From Piromyces finnis finn (Eukaryota; Fungi; Neocallimastigomycota): DNA of 64,000 bases. The stretch lies in NCBI GenBank assembly GCA_002104945.1, contig MCFH01000007.1, positions 620,001-684,000 on the forward strand. The letters are read 5' to 3'. Numbering within the stretch: position 1 is the first letter of the stretch; each line of letters begins with the position of its first letter. This document shows, piece after piece, positions 39,727 to 52,967 of this stretch. A model generated the notes under the pieces. That model had not been told where the DNA came from, did no database searches, and worked only from the letters and a program-made list of their open reading frames with translations. A program made the translations under genes and the position numbers.

Positions 39727-39759
39727 ATTGCTCTTATATTTAAGTAAGTTTTTTTTAAT

Positions 39760-42700
39760 ATGTCAAAAAGAAAATCTAACGGAGATACTGGATCAATTCC
39801 TATATTCGATCCTACCGTTATGCTAGGAAAGGTCACTTATGAATTGAACAATAAAAATTTCATAACGTGGCAAATGTTTATGAGGAATATTTTAAATTAT
39901 TATGGTCTTGAAGATTGGGTTGATGAAAACAAAACCCCAAAGATCAAAAGTGACGAAGGAATGGATATCGACGGAGAAGAATATCTAAAGGCACCTTTTG
40001 AAATCAATACCTACTATGATAAGAACGTAACCGAAGATGACTTAAAAACAGATAGGAATATCCAATTTTTAATTAGGTATACTTTAGGCCCAAACTGCCA
40101 ACAAGATATCCAAGATAGGTCTTTAACAAGCTACGAAATGTGGAAACTATTAGAAGACATTTATTTAGGGGATAAAATAGAAAGAAAGAATAGGCTTATT
40201 AAGGAAACAAACTCCTTAAAATACGACCCGAAAGAAAGTTTCTCAAGATTTGTAAATAAGTTAAATTCCAACTTTAATAAGTTAGAACAACTAAATGTGA
40301 AAATAGATGATGAAGAAAAAATTGGTTTACTGTATCAAGCCTTACCAGAAAAATATAGGAAAGTCACAGTCCTTAAGCATGAAGACTGGGAAGAATGCAA
40401 AAAGGACACAGCAAGAATGATAGATAAGATGAACAAATTTGATCCGAAAGAGAAATCTGAAACCTTCGGAATTAGACATATCTTTAGTGTTGAAGGTAGT
40501 TACAAAGGTGATAAAAGAAAGGAAAGTACTAAATACTACCGCAACAAACAAAGTAATAATCATAATAAAAATACAAATAAAGGAAAAGAAAAGTCCAATG
40601 AAGAAAGAAATTGGAATAACAAAAATAAACAAAACATTACATGTTATTTTTGTCATCAAAAAGGACATACTGTAAAACAATGTCGTATTCAAAAAGAACT
40701 TTCAGAAGAAGTTACAAGAAGGCTAAGAAAAGAGAAAAATAAAGGCAAGGAAGCATTTTTAGCAACAGGTGAAACAGTAAATAAACAAACCACTGAAGAC
40801 TTTGAACCAGAAGTTGGATATCAAGATTTGTTTACAGTTGATTACAATACATTATTTGACAATAACAATGATGAATGTAATAATAAATCATGCAATTACG
40901 TATCTTGTGAAAATGTACCTACAAGTTTTACTACATGGACTTTAGATTCTGGTGCTTCTAATCATATTACCAAAGATATAGGAATTCTCAAAAATGTTTT
41001 TGAACATGTAGAACCAATCAATTATGCAAATGGAGCGACTACAAAGTCAACACATATGGGTGAAGTAAATGGATCTATTAATGAAGAACCAATAAAATTA
41101 GAAGATGTAATGTACATCCCAGATGTAAAACGAAATTTAATTTCTGTTGCCAAGTTAGTTAAAAGTGGCTACCAAATAATCTTTGATGAGAAGAACAATA
41201 ATGTATTTGCATATATAAAAGATAAGAAAACAGATAATGTATACGAAGTTAAAGCAAATGAATATGATGTATTCAATTTGTACATCAAAGAAGGTAATGT
41301 AGTTAATAATTACTCAATGTGCGATAATGTACGAAACAATGGTGAATACTGGCATAGAAGAATAGGGCATCTGAATTTCAACAATAATGATGAAAAGAAC
41401 AATATTCACAATTGTACAATATGCATGAGAAGCAAAATGAAAGAAATCCCTCATAAAAGGTCAGATAGTAGAGCATCAAGTGTTTTGGAACTAGTACACA
41501 TCGATTTGGTAGGTCCAATCACACCATCAATTCATGACAACGTATACTTTTTAAGTATCTTAGATGATTACAGTCGATATGGATGGGTAATATTTGTCAA
41601 GAATAAAAGTGATGTTTTCAAAGAATTTGGAAATTGGCTGAATAAAACTACTAATGAATTATCATCCAAAGTAAAATATCTTAGAAGCGATAATGGAACT
41701 GAATTCACTTCTAATAACTTCAAGGAGTTATGTAACGAATATGGAATAACTCAACAATTCACCGTCCCTGGAAATCCGGAGCAGAATGGAAGAGCAGAAA
41801 GATTCAATGGAAAGTTAATAAAAACTGCTACTGCAATGTTAATGGACGCAAGGTTATGTCGTCGCTTTTGGGAAGATGCTGTGAAAACAGCGAACTATGT
41901 TCATAATCGAGTTCCGCACAGTGGAATTAATGGTGAAATACCATTTGAATTAATGTACAACAGAAAAGTTGATTATAAAAATTTAAGAGTATTTGGATGT
42001 AAAGTGTATTATTTAGATGACAGTAACATTCCAAAATTTCAAGACAAAACTAAGGAGGGAATCTTTATCGGATATGATGAATCTTCAGTAGGATACAGAA
42101 TATTCGACATAAAATCAAGGAAAATTAAAGTGAAAAGAGTCGTAGGTTTTTTAGAAGAAGAACCTGGTGACTACAATTATAATTTAGAAAAAGAAAATAA
42201 TAATGAAACATATAGTCAAGATACAGAAACTTTTCAAGTAAGGAACTTTAATTATATGTATGATAAAGAAAATGAAAACAATAACAATAAAGACAAAAAG
42301 GAAAAGGACATTTCAAATGAAAATGATAAATTAATGAATGAAAACCTAGAAACACTCAATGATAAAACTAGTAATAAAGAAGACTTAAAAGAAGTAAATT
42401 ATGAAGAAAAATTTAAAAATATAGAAGAAAAGCTGGATAAGCTCACATCACTATTAAATAAAGAAAAAAATAATAGTTCTGAAAGTTTTATGCAAGTCTG
42501 CGAGGACACTAATGATAGTAATATGAGTATAGAAGACTCAGAAGAAGAAGACTTAAATCTCTTAGACTATATTAAACTAAAAGAAAAGAAAAAAGAACGT
42601 TTGAACAAAAATAATTACCGGAAAATTGAAGAAATGGAAGAAAATAAAGAAATTAAAATAAGTACTTCAATGGAATCTGTAAGTGAAACCAATAAAGAAA

Positions 42701-45172
42701 AAGAAAACAATAATGACATTTCAGGAAGTAACGACGGCAATATAAATAACTTTACCTTGGAAGAAAATAATTTAAAATATAATAATTTAAAATATAATAG
42801 TGCTGACGAAACTGAAATTTGTGAAATTAAAGAAGTGAATATAAAGAGAAATGACGACAAGAAAAATAAAAATATAAACAGTAAAGACAATTCAAATATA
42901 TCAAAGGATAATAAAAGGAATAATAAATACCTGAATACAAAAGGAAATGTTTATTTTATAGAAGAAAATTCAGACATTGTAAATAAAAATGAATTAATTG
43001 AAGAAGTATTAAAAACACCATCAGAAATGGAGATAAATGATTTAACTGGAGAAATTGACAATAATGATTTTTTAAATATCCTGAGTCCTGACATTGATTT
43101 AGAAACAAGAAAGAAAATTGATTTTGAAAATATTGAGAGTGTCAAAAATAATATAAATAAAAATAATAGAAAAGAAATAGAAAATAATTATTCAAATGTA
43201 AAAGTAAATTATAAGAATGAAGAATATTATAAGAAAAATTACATACCTATTAATGAGAATGATATAAGAAGAAATTTGAATAAAGAAAATATCAATATTC
43301 CTGAAGAAAAGTCCAAATTTAAAAATATTTCTGATGAAAAAGAAAGTAATTTAAATAATCAAAATAAAAAGGAATATAATTTGAGAAATTTAAAAAATAA
43401 AAATGAAATTAAAGATCCAATCAATAAAGATAAATCTAAGAAAAAATTTTTTGATAAGAAAAAGTTATTATCAAAACAAAATTTTTTGAATAAGAGAAAT
43501 CTAAATAGAAAATTAAAATCCAATAAAAATTTTAAATTAAATGAAAATCATCCACCAAAGGAAGAAAAATTCCCAAGAAAGCGGAAACTTGTTCCAAGTG
43601 AAGATGTCATAGAAGAAAATTAAGGAAGTGGCGCTAACTATAGCACAAATCAAGGAGCCAAATTCCTATAATGATATATTTAAAAGAAAAGATAAGGATA
43701 AGTGGATAAAAGCAATAGAAGCCGAATTGCTAAATATGAAAGAAAGAAAAGTGTTCAAAAGAATAGATGAAGTTCCAGAAGACGCCAATATTATTGATTC
43801 AAGATGGGTATTTAAGATAAAAAGGAATAGCACTGGTGAGATAGAAAAATACAAAGCTAGACTTGTAGCCAGAGGTTTTACACAAGAATATGGAGAAAAC
43901 TACAATGAGACCTTTTCTCCTACTCTAAAACAAGACTCATTAAGAATCCTAATAGGAATAGCTGCAATTAATAACTATAAAATCCATCAATTAGATGTTA
44001 AGGCCGCATATTTGTATGCAGATTTAAAGGAAGATATATATATGAAAGCACCTGAAGGAGATAAAATGTATAAAAAAGGATTATGGAAATTAAATAAAGC
44101 ATTATATGGCTTAAAACAAGCAGCAAGAGAATGGAATAACAACATCAGCAATACTCTCATTGAACTAGGATTTCAGAAATTAGTTAGCGAACCATGCATA
44201 TTTATAAAGACCAAAAACAATAAATTAGTATGTTTAGTTGGAATATATGTTGATGACATCCTAATAACTGGTAAAAAGGAAGAAATAGATAAAACTATTA
44301 AATTAATTAAAGAGAAATATGTTATCACGGATGTTGGTGATGCAAATTTCATCATAGGAATCAAAGTAGAAACGTTAAAAGATGGGTATTTGTTACATCA
44401 AGAAAGGTATTTAAAGGATATATTACACAAATTTGGTTTAGAAAACTGCAGAGGATCAAAGACAACTACACCAATCAAGAATGATGAATAACTCAATCAG
44501 CCTTTTGACCCTACTACTTATAGAGCTGCAATAGGAAGTCTTTTATATTTAGCCATAGGTACTCGTCCAGATATCTTATTTTCAGTAACCAAAGCATCTA
44601 GGTTCTCACAAAATCCTACTATCCAAAATTGGAAGAATGTATTACAAATATTCAAATATCTGAAAGAAAATCCTCATTATGGAATCCGTTTTGAAAGAAA
44701 CTTAAATTTGAAGATTTTTGTAGATTCAGACTATGGGGGAGATGAAGAAACAAGAAAATCTACCACTGGATTTGTATTTTTATTGGGAAATGGACCAACA
44801 AGCTGGTACTCAAAACTGCAAAAATGTGTATCAACTTCAACCGCCGAAGCAGAATATTATGGACTTTGTGAATGCTCAAAGCAAGCTCTGTGGTATAGAA
44901 ATATTTTTAGTGAATTAAAAATAAAGGAAGAATGCTTAAAAATCAATATTGATAATCAAGCAACTATTTACAACGCAAATAATGAAACGATTAATCCAAA
45001 GTCAAAACATATTGATATTAAGTACCATAAAGTAAGAGAATTAATTAAAGAAAATAAAATCAGTCTAGAATATATAAAATCAGAAGAAAATTTAGCAGAT
45101 GGTTTTACTAAATACTTGAATAAAAATAAAATGAAAATATTTAGAGATAGTTTATTATATAAATACAAATAA
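39760..45172 (+). CDS. Copia gag-pol, disrupted by a +1 frameshift at about 43616-43623 and an in-frame TAA at 44489-44491
   Basis: Zinc knuckle CYFCHQKGHTVKQC, protease LDSGAS, pre-integrase WHRRIGH..CTIC, integrase HIDLVG/SDNGTEF/NGRAER, RT KARLVARGFTQ/LYGLKQ/YVDD, RNase H DSDY/EAEY/IDNQA/ADGFTK. Confidence 0.94.
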
Positions 45173-45187
45173 TGAATTTATAACTTT

Positions 45188-45194
45188 GGGGGAG
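45188..45194 (+). promoter_or_regulatory. Polypurine tract
   Basis: GGGGGAG immediately 5' of the 3' LTR. Confidence 0.85.
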
Positions 45195-45429
45195 TGTGAA
45201 AATAAAATACATTCCAAAATAATATTTTATGTATTTTTTATGTATTTGTATTTTATAAAATTATAAATTAATATTGTACTACATTTTTATTCTTTGGTTA
45301 TTTTTTAATAAAAAGATTTTAAGAAAGTTACAATATTTATATTATAAAATAAATATAAATAAATAAAAGATTATAAAAACCCAAATAGTTTTATAAATAA
45401 ATTTAAGTGTAAACTAAATTTATCTGACA
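45195..45429 (+). repeat. 3' LTR (235 bp)
   Basis: Same sequence as 39478-39712, followed by TSD CCTTC. Confidence 0.96.
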
Positions 45430-46321
45430 CCTTCCAAGGAAACATGTGTTTTATGATAGAATCAAAACATGTGATATATTTATGATGATATCCACATGAT
45501 CATTATCATAATAAAAGATGTTGGCTTTATTCCATTGGTACTCCCTTATTGAAGCTAAAAAATTAAAAATTTAAATAATAGCAATAGAAAGGAATTTATT
45601 TAAATAAATATGATACATTCATTTAATAAATTATATAAAAATAAATGAACTTTTAAATAAATTATTTTTTAAAAATTTAGTCATCCACTAAAAACAAGTA
45701 GTTGTTGGGTAAAAAAAAAGAAAACCAGCTAAGAAAATTTTCTTTTTCTTTTTAATTTATAAAATAATTCCTTTTTTTTTTTACTTTTTTTAAAAAAAAA
45801 AAAAAAAGAAAATTTATAAAAATAAATAATAAAAAAACCGAAAAAAAAAAAAAAAACACACTAAAAGAAGAATAAATTAAGAAAAGTAAATAAAAAAAAT
45901 AAATAAAAGTAAATATCGAAATTAAATATATTTCACTATTTATTGCTAGTTCTCCCTAAAACTTTATGGGAAAATTTGAGAAAAATTTAACCATTAATGA
46001 ATGAGGAAATAAAATTAAAAAGGAAATTTTTTTATACGATTATTGTATTTTTTGAGATATTACTTTATTTTTTTTTTTTTTTAAAAAAAAATAATATATA
46101 GATAGGTAGAAATACTATTAAATGGGTCATAACAAAATAATAAGTATAGAATAGGAAATATGTTGTATCATAGTTAAAAAATGAATAGTTTTATACAAGT
46201 AGAGTTAATAAATATTTTATTATTCATTGGAAATTGAAATCTACCAAAATTATTTCTTTTTTAATTTTAAAATGCATTTATTAAAATGAAAATAATTTAT
46301 ATTTTAATGTTTTTACATAGA

Positions 46322-47787
46322 ATGGCTAGAGGCGTTAGTAGAGCCCTTAAGAGTAAGGCTGAAAATAAAAAGGATAAAAAGGAAAAAAGAGATCAACTTA
46401 AAAAAGACAAGGAAGAAAACAGTGATAAGCCAAATGAAGTTCCAAAGTTTTTTAAATATGAAGATGGTAAACGTTCTCCTTTTGCCACATTCTGTATAAA
46501 GGCTGGTAGTATCTTTTTACTTTTATTTGTTTGGAGTAATTTATTTGTCCAAAAGGTAAAGAATAATAGGAATAGTAGTTGAAACGCTACAAATCATAAT
46601 AAAAATTTTTAAATTTTAAAAAGAAATCAATAATAGTAGTGTTTTTATTAACATTAAAAATACAATATACTCTTTCATTTTACTATTTATAATATTTATA
46701 TTGGTATTATATTTATCTATCAATTTTTTTTCTAAATGAATAGTATGTTCCATACAAACAACAAAATGAAGTTTTAACTAGAGTACTTCAAGATCCAGAA
46801 TTAATTAAGCATACTGTAAAAATTTCTCATGAATACCAAGAAATGTATAACAAATATATGGAAGAGAATGATAATGAAGCCAGAATTAAATTATTTGAAA
46901 AAATCACAGAATCTGATATTTTCAAAGGTAACAGTGAAGTTGAAAATATTGTTCCAGTTGATGATGAAGAAGTTCCAAACTCAGAAACTAAGAAGGAAAT
47001 TCCTCCAGAAGAAGAAGATGATGTTGATGTTATTGGTGATATGAGAGAAGAAATTATGGGTGGAGAAATTTACACTGTTGATGAAATATTCAAAAAGTTA
47101 GGTATTGAAAGAATTTCTGATTATGATATTGAAGGTGAATATGAAAGAAATCTTTTAAAAGAATTCCGTATGGATCGTGAAATGCCAGAAAACATTGCAA
47201 AGAAGGCTGATTTCTTCAAGCCAATTATTGAAAGAGGTTTAAAGGAAGATGAAAGATTCTTTGTCAAAAAAATTAATGATAAGAAGGGTTATGGTCTTTT
47301 TGCTAATGTTGACATTGTTCCAAATGAAGTTCTTGGTATCTACACTGGTGTTATTCGTGCCACCGATGCCGAAAAAGGAAAGAAATATGAATGGTACTAC
47401 TCTACCATTCCAGATTATAAATTAGAAAAGATGGTTGAATTAAGAGTTAATGGTAAGAGTAAAGGTTCTCATCTTCGTTTTGTTAATCACTCTCTTTACT
47501 ACAATGCTAGAATTGAATATGTTCCATACAATAACCAATGGGCTATTCTTTTCATTAGTAACCGTTATATTAACCGTGGTGAAGAAGTCACCGTTAACTA
47601 CAGAGAAAAGACCAAGCGTATGCCATCCAAGATTATTGATAAGTGGGATAAGGTTGAAGAAGAAGAAATGCAAAAATTGTATGATGAATACATGAAGCTT
47701 AAGGCTCAACAAGAAGCTGAACAACAACAAGTTAATTCTGAAGCTAATGCTGAAGAGAACAAGGCTCCAACCAAAGAAGAACTTTAA
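46322..47787 (+). CDS. SET-domain protein with an N-terminal transmembrane helix and C-terminal KEEL (~425 aa; exons 46322-46555, 46744-47787)
   Basis: SET motifs KGYGLFA, LGIYTGVI, RFVNHS, GEEVTVNY. TM segment FATFCIKAGSIFLLLFVWSNLFV. A phase-0 GT-AG intron joins the two ORFs. Biased codon usage typical of an expressed gene. Confidence 0.85.
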
Positions 47788-49799
47788 TTTTTTTTTTTTT
47801 TTAAATATATTTAAAAAAGTTGAAAAAAAAACAAAAAAAAAAAAAAAAACAACTTTTAGGTAAAAAAAAAAAAAAATACAATAAAACAAATAAAAATAAA
47901 TGTAAAAAATAATAGTAATAAAAAAAAATAATAATAAAAAAAAGTCCCTATTTTATTTTAATTTTCTGTTTTTTTTTTTTTTTTAGTGTAAAAGGTATTG
48001 TAAATTTTATTATTATTTTTTTTAAATAATTTTTTTATCAACTAGAATAGTTTTACCCTTGGTTAAATCAGATCTAGATATTGGGTAAAAATATGCATTG
48101 TATCCTAACAACCCTCTATTATAAAAAAAGTAAACATTTTTTTTTTTAATTTCCATCTTTTTATACCATAATATTAAACAAATTATTTTTACTTTAATTT
48201 ATAGAGTTGTAATGTAAATAATATGTAGTAGAATATTGATTCAATGTAGTTTTTATATATTATTTTTATTAATTATATATAATATATATTGTATTCATAA
48301 TCCTAATGGTCTAATTGCATAATGGTATGAATGATTTATTATTAAAAAAAAAAAAAAAAAAAAGAGGAAATGTAAATGCTAATTTATAATATAATATGTT
48401 GATTCAAACTAGAATATTTTCAATACATCATCCTATTTTCCATCTAACCAAATTTTACAAAAGTTCAAATTAGTTCGGCTAAGAGCATCTTTTACTCAAA
48501 AAAAAATTTTTTTCATCCTATTATAGTTAAAGACATAGATGTATACAATAGTTTAAAATGTAAATTTTATTGTGCTATGTCAAGATAATAAAAAATAGTT
48601 ATAGTATGCTTTGTTCAAGTTTTTTTTTATAACAAGGCAACTCAATTGATCACACAGTCTTCCATTAATTAATGTATTTAACAATTCACATAGATAGCAA
48701 TAGTAGATCTATGTTTATATTCATATTAATATTCAGTTTTATCCTAAATTAGAGTTTTTATTTATTGTATAAATGAGTGTTTAATGCTACCTAAAGTTTA
48801 TTACTATTTAATGATTTTTGAAAAATAAAGATGAAATTTCTTTTTTTAAAAGATTTACTAATTAATATTTTATTTAACTATATTTTATTAGTGACAAAAC
48901 TTTAAGAAAAATAATGTAGTACAAAAATAGAATAAAATTAATTTTTTGTACAACATTTAACCTAAATTTTATTTCCAATTTTTTGTTAAAAAACTTTTAG
49001 AATGCCCATTTAAATTACAAATAAGCAGATAAAAGCCTATATAAAAATATATTTAACCTGGGTCTAAGCGATATATATATTGAAATGTATTTTTCATTAG
49101 CTTAATATGTATGGTATAACTAAATTATGTACTTTTCTGTAATGAAATATAAAATCTGACATTCAGTTTTTTTCTTTTTTTTAATTAATAAAATTTAATT
49201 AAAATTAATATTGAATATATATTTGTGTAACGTTAATAAAAAATCATAGAATTACTATTTTTGTATAAATTGAATGAATAAATTTTATACTAATTAACAC
49301 GTGAACACTTTGTAGAATTTTCAAGACATTTTTCAATATTTATTATGGCTTTAATATTAACTTTGAATCATCTATTTATAGATTTTTTTTTTACATTGGC
49401 ATTTTTTATCAAGACAATAAAAGGGATGGTGAATTTCTTTTTTTATTTTTAAATAATAAATTCACTAGAATAGACAAAATAAAAAGGATTCATGTAATAA
49501 CGATGGTTCATATAAATTGTTTAATAAAAAATAAACACACTTACCTCTATATAATAGGCATAAAACCAACGAATTAAAGTCAACTTTTTAAAGAGATTTT
49601 GAATTGGATACAAAAGTCTTGAAAAGGCTATTATTAAGAATTTTAAGGTGTTTTGCTGCTGCTGGTGGGTAGATTTAAAGGAAGAGTTTATTAGATTTCT
49701 AATAAAATTACCTAACCCTTACATTTATTTTATAATTTCACAACTAATGAATTAAAAAATTTAATATTTTCAATATATTATTTTAATTAGTATAATATA

Positions 49800-50260
49800 A
49801 TTATACTGTATTGATAATATATTTTAAGAATTTTTTAATATATTAATTTTTTTATAATTAAATTTCTATTAATTACAATATATTTAATATATTTATAATG
49901 CAATTGGATTATTCATTTTAATCTAATTTTATATATTAATTTTTCTATATATATTATAATTGAATCTTTAATAATAAAATTATATTGAAGAGAATAAATG
50001 GTTTTATCAATTATAATAAATTTAATATATTTATAATATAATTGGATTATTCTTTTTTAATATATTATTTATAATTACCATTATATCATTATAGTGTATT
50101 GATAATATATTGACAGATTATTTTATAGATTAATTTTTCTATATATATTATAATTGAATAGTTAAATGAATTGAAAAGAATAAATGGTTTTATCAATTAT
50201 TTTAATAAATTTAATATATTTATAATATAATTGAATTATTCTTTTTAATATATTAAATTT
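49800..50260. repeat. Degenerate AT-rich direct repeats (partial ~140-190 bp units)
   Basis: TTTAATATATTTATAAT..AATTG.ATTATTC at about 49883, 50021 and 50210. TTTTCTATATATATTATAATTGAAT at 49941 and 50135. AGAATAAATGGTTTTATCAATTA occurs twice. Confidence 0.75.
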
Positions 50261-51370
50261 ATATTACACAAAAAATTATATAGCAGTAAATTGTGGGTTA
50301 GGGGTAAATTTATGGAGGAAAAGAAAATTCAATTTGTCATTATATATGATTATAATTATAATAATTATGAATTTTAAATTTTATATTCAAAATCTATTGA
50401 ATGAATGACGATTTAATAGTTATTTATTTAATTAATTATTATTTATTCATTTATTTAATAAGTCTATTATTTCATAGTTATTTCATAGTTATTTATTTAT
50501 TTATTTATTTTTTGTATTTTTTGTATGGTTGAGAGTTGTCGGTGCAAGGAGCGATTTAATTTATAAAATAAAGTTAATATATTATACATTATACTTTTTT
50601 TATATATATACATAAAGAAACTTTTTTTTTTTTTTTTTTTATTATTCTTTGTAAAACAAATAAACCTTTGGAAAACCTCTAATTATATTGAAATAAAAGT
50701 AGAAATAATAATAACAATAATAATAGAATTATAACTTATATAGTATTATAATACTATTAAAAAGAAACAACTAATAATAATAATAATAATAAGAAAAAAT
50801 AAAAAAGAAAATTAAACATTTTTTTTTAAAAAAAAAAAAAAAAAGTAATTTACGAGAATAATAAGAACCATAATAAATTATATATCCTTTTTTTTCTTTA
50901 AAAGAAAAAAGAAACCAAAAAAAAAAAAAAAAACTGTATACTAGATAAGAAAAAAAGAAAGAAAAATATTTAAAAGAAATATTTTTTTTTGTTAATTATT
51001 ATTAAAATATAAATAGATTTTTTTTTATTTAATATAAAAAGTGGTTTATTTTTATTTATATAGTAATAAATAAAGAACTAAATTTAAAAATTTATAACGC
51101 CAAAGAAAATATTAACAAAAAATAAAATATAATTCTTTAAATATAAAAATATATAATTTGTTTAAAATAAAATAAATTAATACTAAAACAAAAATAAGAA
51201 AATAAAATAAAACAGAGAAAACTTTTAAAAATAGGGTTACTCTATGTTTTAAACCAGCAAGAAGAAAAAAAAAATAAAACAATATACTTTCAAAAGCAAT
51301 AATTAATATTTTTAAAATAAACATTTAAATATTTATACATAATTAATAAAATATAATATAATATAATAAA

Positions 51371-52377
51371 ATGTCGGCAGTGGTAAGATTTAATCCAAAA
51401 GTAATTGTACTTATGTTCATAATATTTATTGTTATGATCTTTCCTTTAATAGAAGTATTCAAACCTGAATTCGGAAATACAAGAAATAGCGCAAGTGAAT
51501 ATGCTATATCAGCTTTAAAGGAAGAACCAATAGGAACTACTAGAATACCAAGACTTATACATCAAACAGGTAAATTTATTGTTTATAAATTTTAAAAAAA
51601 CAAAAAAAGTATACGAACATTAGGGTAATAACAAAAATAAAAAATTTTTATTTTATTTTAATAGTAAAAGATAAGAAAAATATTCCACCTGATATTCAAG
51701 AAAATATAAATAGTTGGTCAGAAATGAATCCAGAATGGAAGCATATTTTATACGATGACGATGATATTATGGAATTTATGGAAAAGTATCATCCAAATGC
51801 TGTAGACGTTTTTAAAAATTTAGATTCAATTGTTGAAAAAACAGATATGTGGCGTTATGCTGTATTAGATACATTCGGAGGTGTTTATGCTGATACTGAT
51901 ACCAAATGTATTCAACCAATTGAAAAATGGTGGGGTGATAACAAAGATGCTAAAGTAATTATTGGTATTGAAGATATTAGAACTCCATTTAGAAAACGTC
52001 AAACTCAATTTGCTGAATTAATTCAATTTTGTCAGTGGGCTATGGCTTCTGTTCCAGGACATCCAATTGTTCATTACATGCCATACTATATCTATAGACA
52101 TATGCGTTATGAACATCTTGGTGTTGATCGTTACAGTAACCCAAAAGTTAACATTTTACATCGTACTGGACCAGGCATTTGGTCTGAAGCTATATTTGAT
52201 TATATAATCAAGGAAGGATATAACCCAAGAGATGTCTTCCATAATGGAGGTGTTATAAATGATGTATTATTCTTACCAAAAGATAGTTTTTCTTACACTG
52301 AACCATTACCAGAAGATGGTGGAGAATTACCAGAAAGAGTAAAGCTTTTACATTTATTCTACGGTAGTTGGAAATAA
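51371..52377 (+). CDS. GT32 (OCH1/HOC1-like) glycosyltransferase, type II membrane protein (exons 51371-51569, 51665-52377)
   Basis: N-terminal TM, IPRLIHQT, W..MNPEW..ILYDD, EKTDMWRYAVL..FGGVYADTD (DxD), CQWAMASVPGHP, TGPGIWS. Confidence 0.9.
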
Positions 52378-52967
52378 GAATAAAAATCATTTCAGTATAA
52401 ATATCATTACAAAAGTCATTTTAATTTTAAATATGTAAAAAAAAAAAAGAGAAATGATTTCATAGAAAATATTTAGAATGTTAAAATAGAATAAAAACTA
52501 TTTTTTTTTTTTTATTTCTTAGAAGAAAATCACTAGAAGTTAACGGAAATAAAATCTTAATCCTATTATAATAGTTATGTAGTAAAATTAGTTTTATGTA
52601 TTCTTTAATTTAACCCTAGTATATAAAGAGAAAAGAAAAAAAAAAAATTTTTTTTAAAAACTTTTAAAAAATAAAATTCTTATCACTAATTAATAAAAAA
52701 TACCATTTTAATAAAATATAATATATATAATTTTTCTATAAATATTTTTAATGTTACCAAAAATAAAATAATAAAAAAAGGCAATAAAAAAAAAAATTAT
52801 TTTAGTATTATTATTTAGAGGAGTGTAGATGTCGTAATTAAAAGAATTACTTTTATGAGACCTTTGAAAATATACATAAATTTTCTATTAGAATAAAGTA
52901 TTCTGTTCTGCTCTTAAATTAGTAAATCATAGGCTAAATTATAATTTATATCATAAACCTAAAAGAA

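Larger units (their letters stand above)
39478..45429 (+). mobile_element. Complete Ty1/copia LTR retrotransposon
   Basis: TG..CA LTRs of 235 bp, TSD CCTTC (39473-39477 and 45430-45434), PBS, PPT, and domain order gag-PR-IN-RT-RNaseH. Confidence 0.97.

Noticed and set aside
49028-49070. Twister-like words TAAAAGCC ... GGGTCTAAGC
   Set aside because: The P4 stem cannot close and the 3' strand elements are absent.
49545-49712. 56 open codons on the minus strand ending at a GTAAGT donor
   Set aside because: No start, weak acceptor, no partner exon found.
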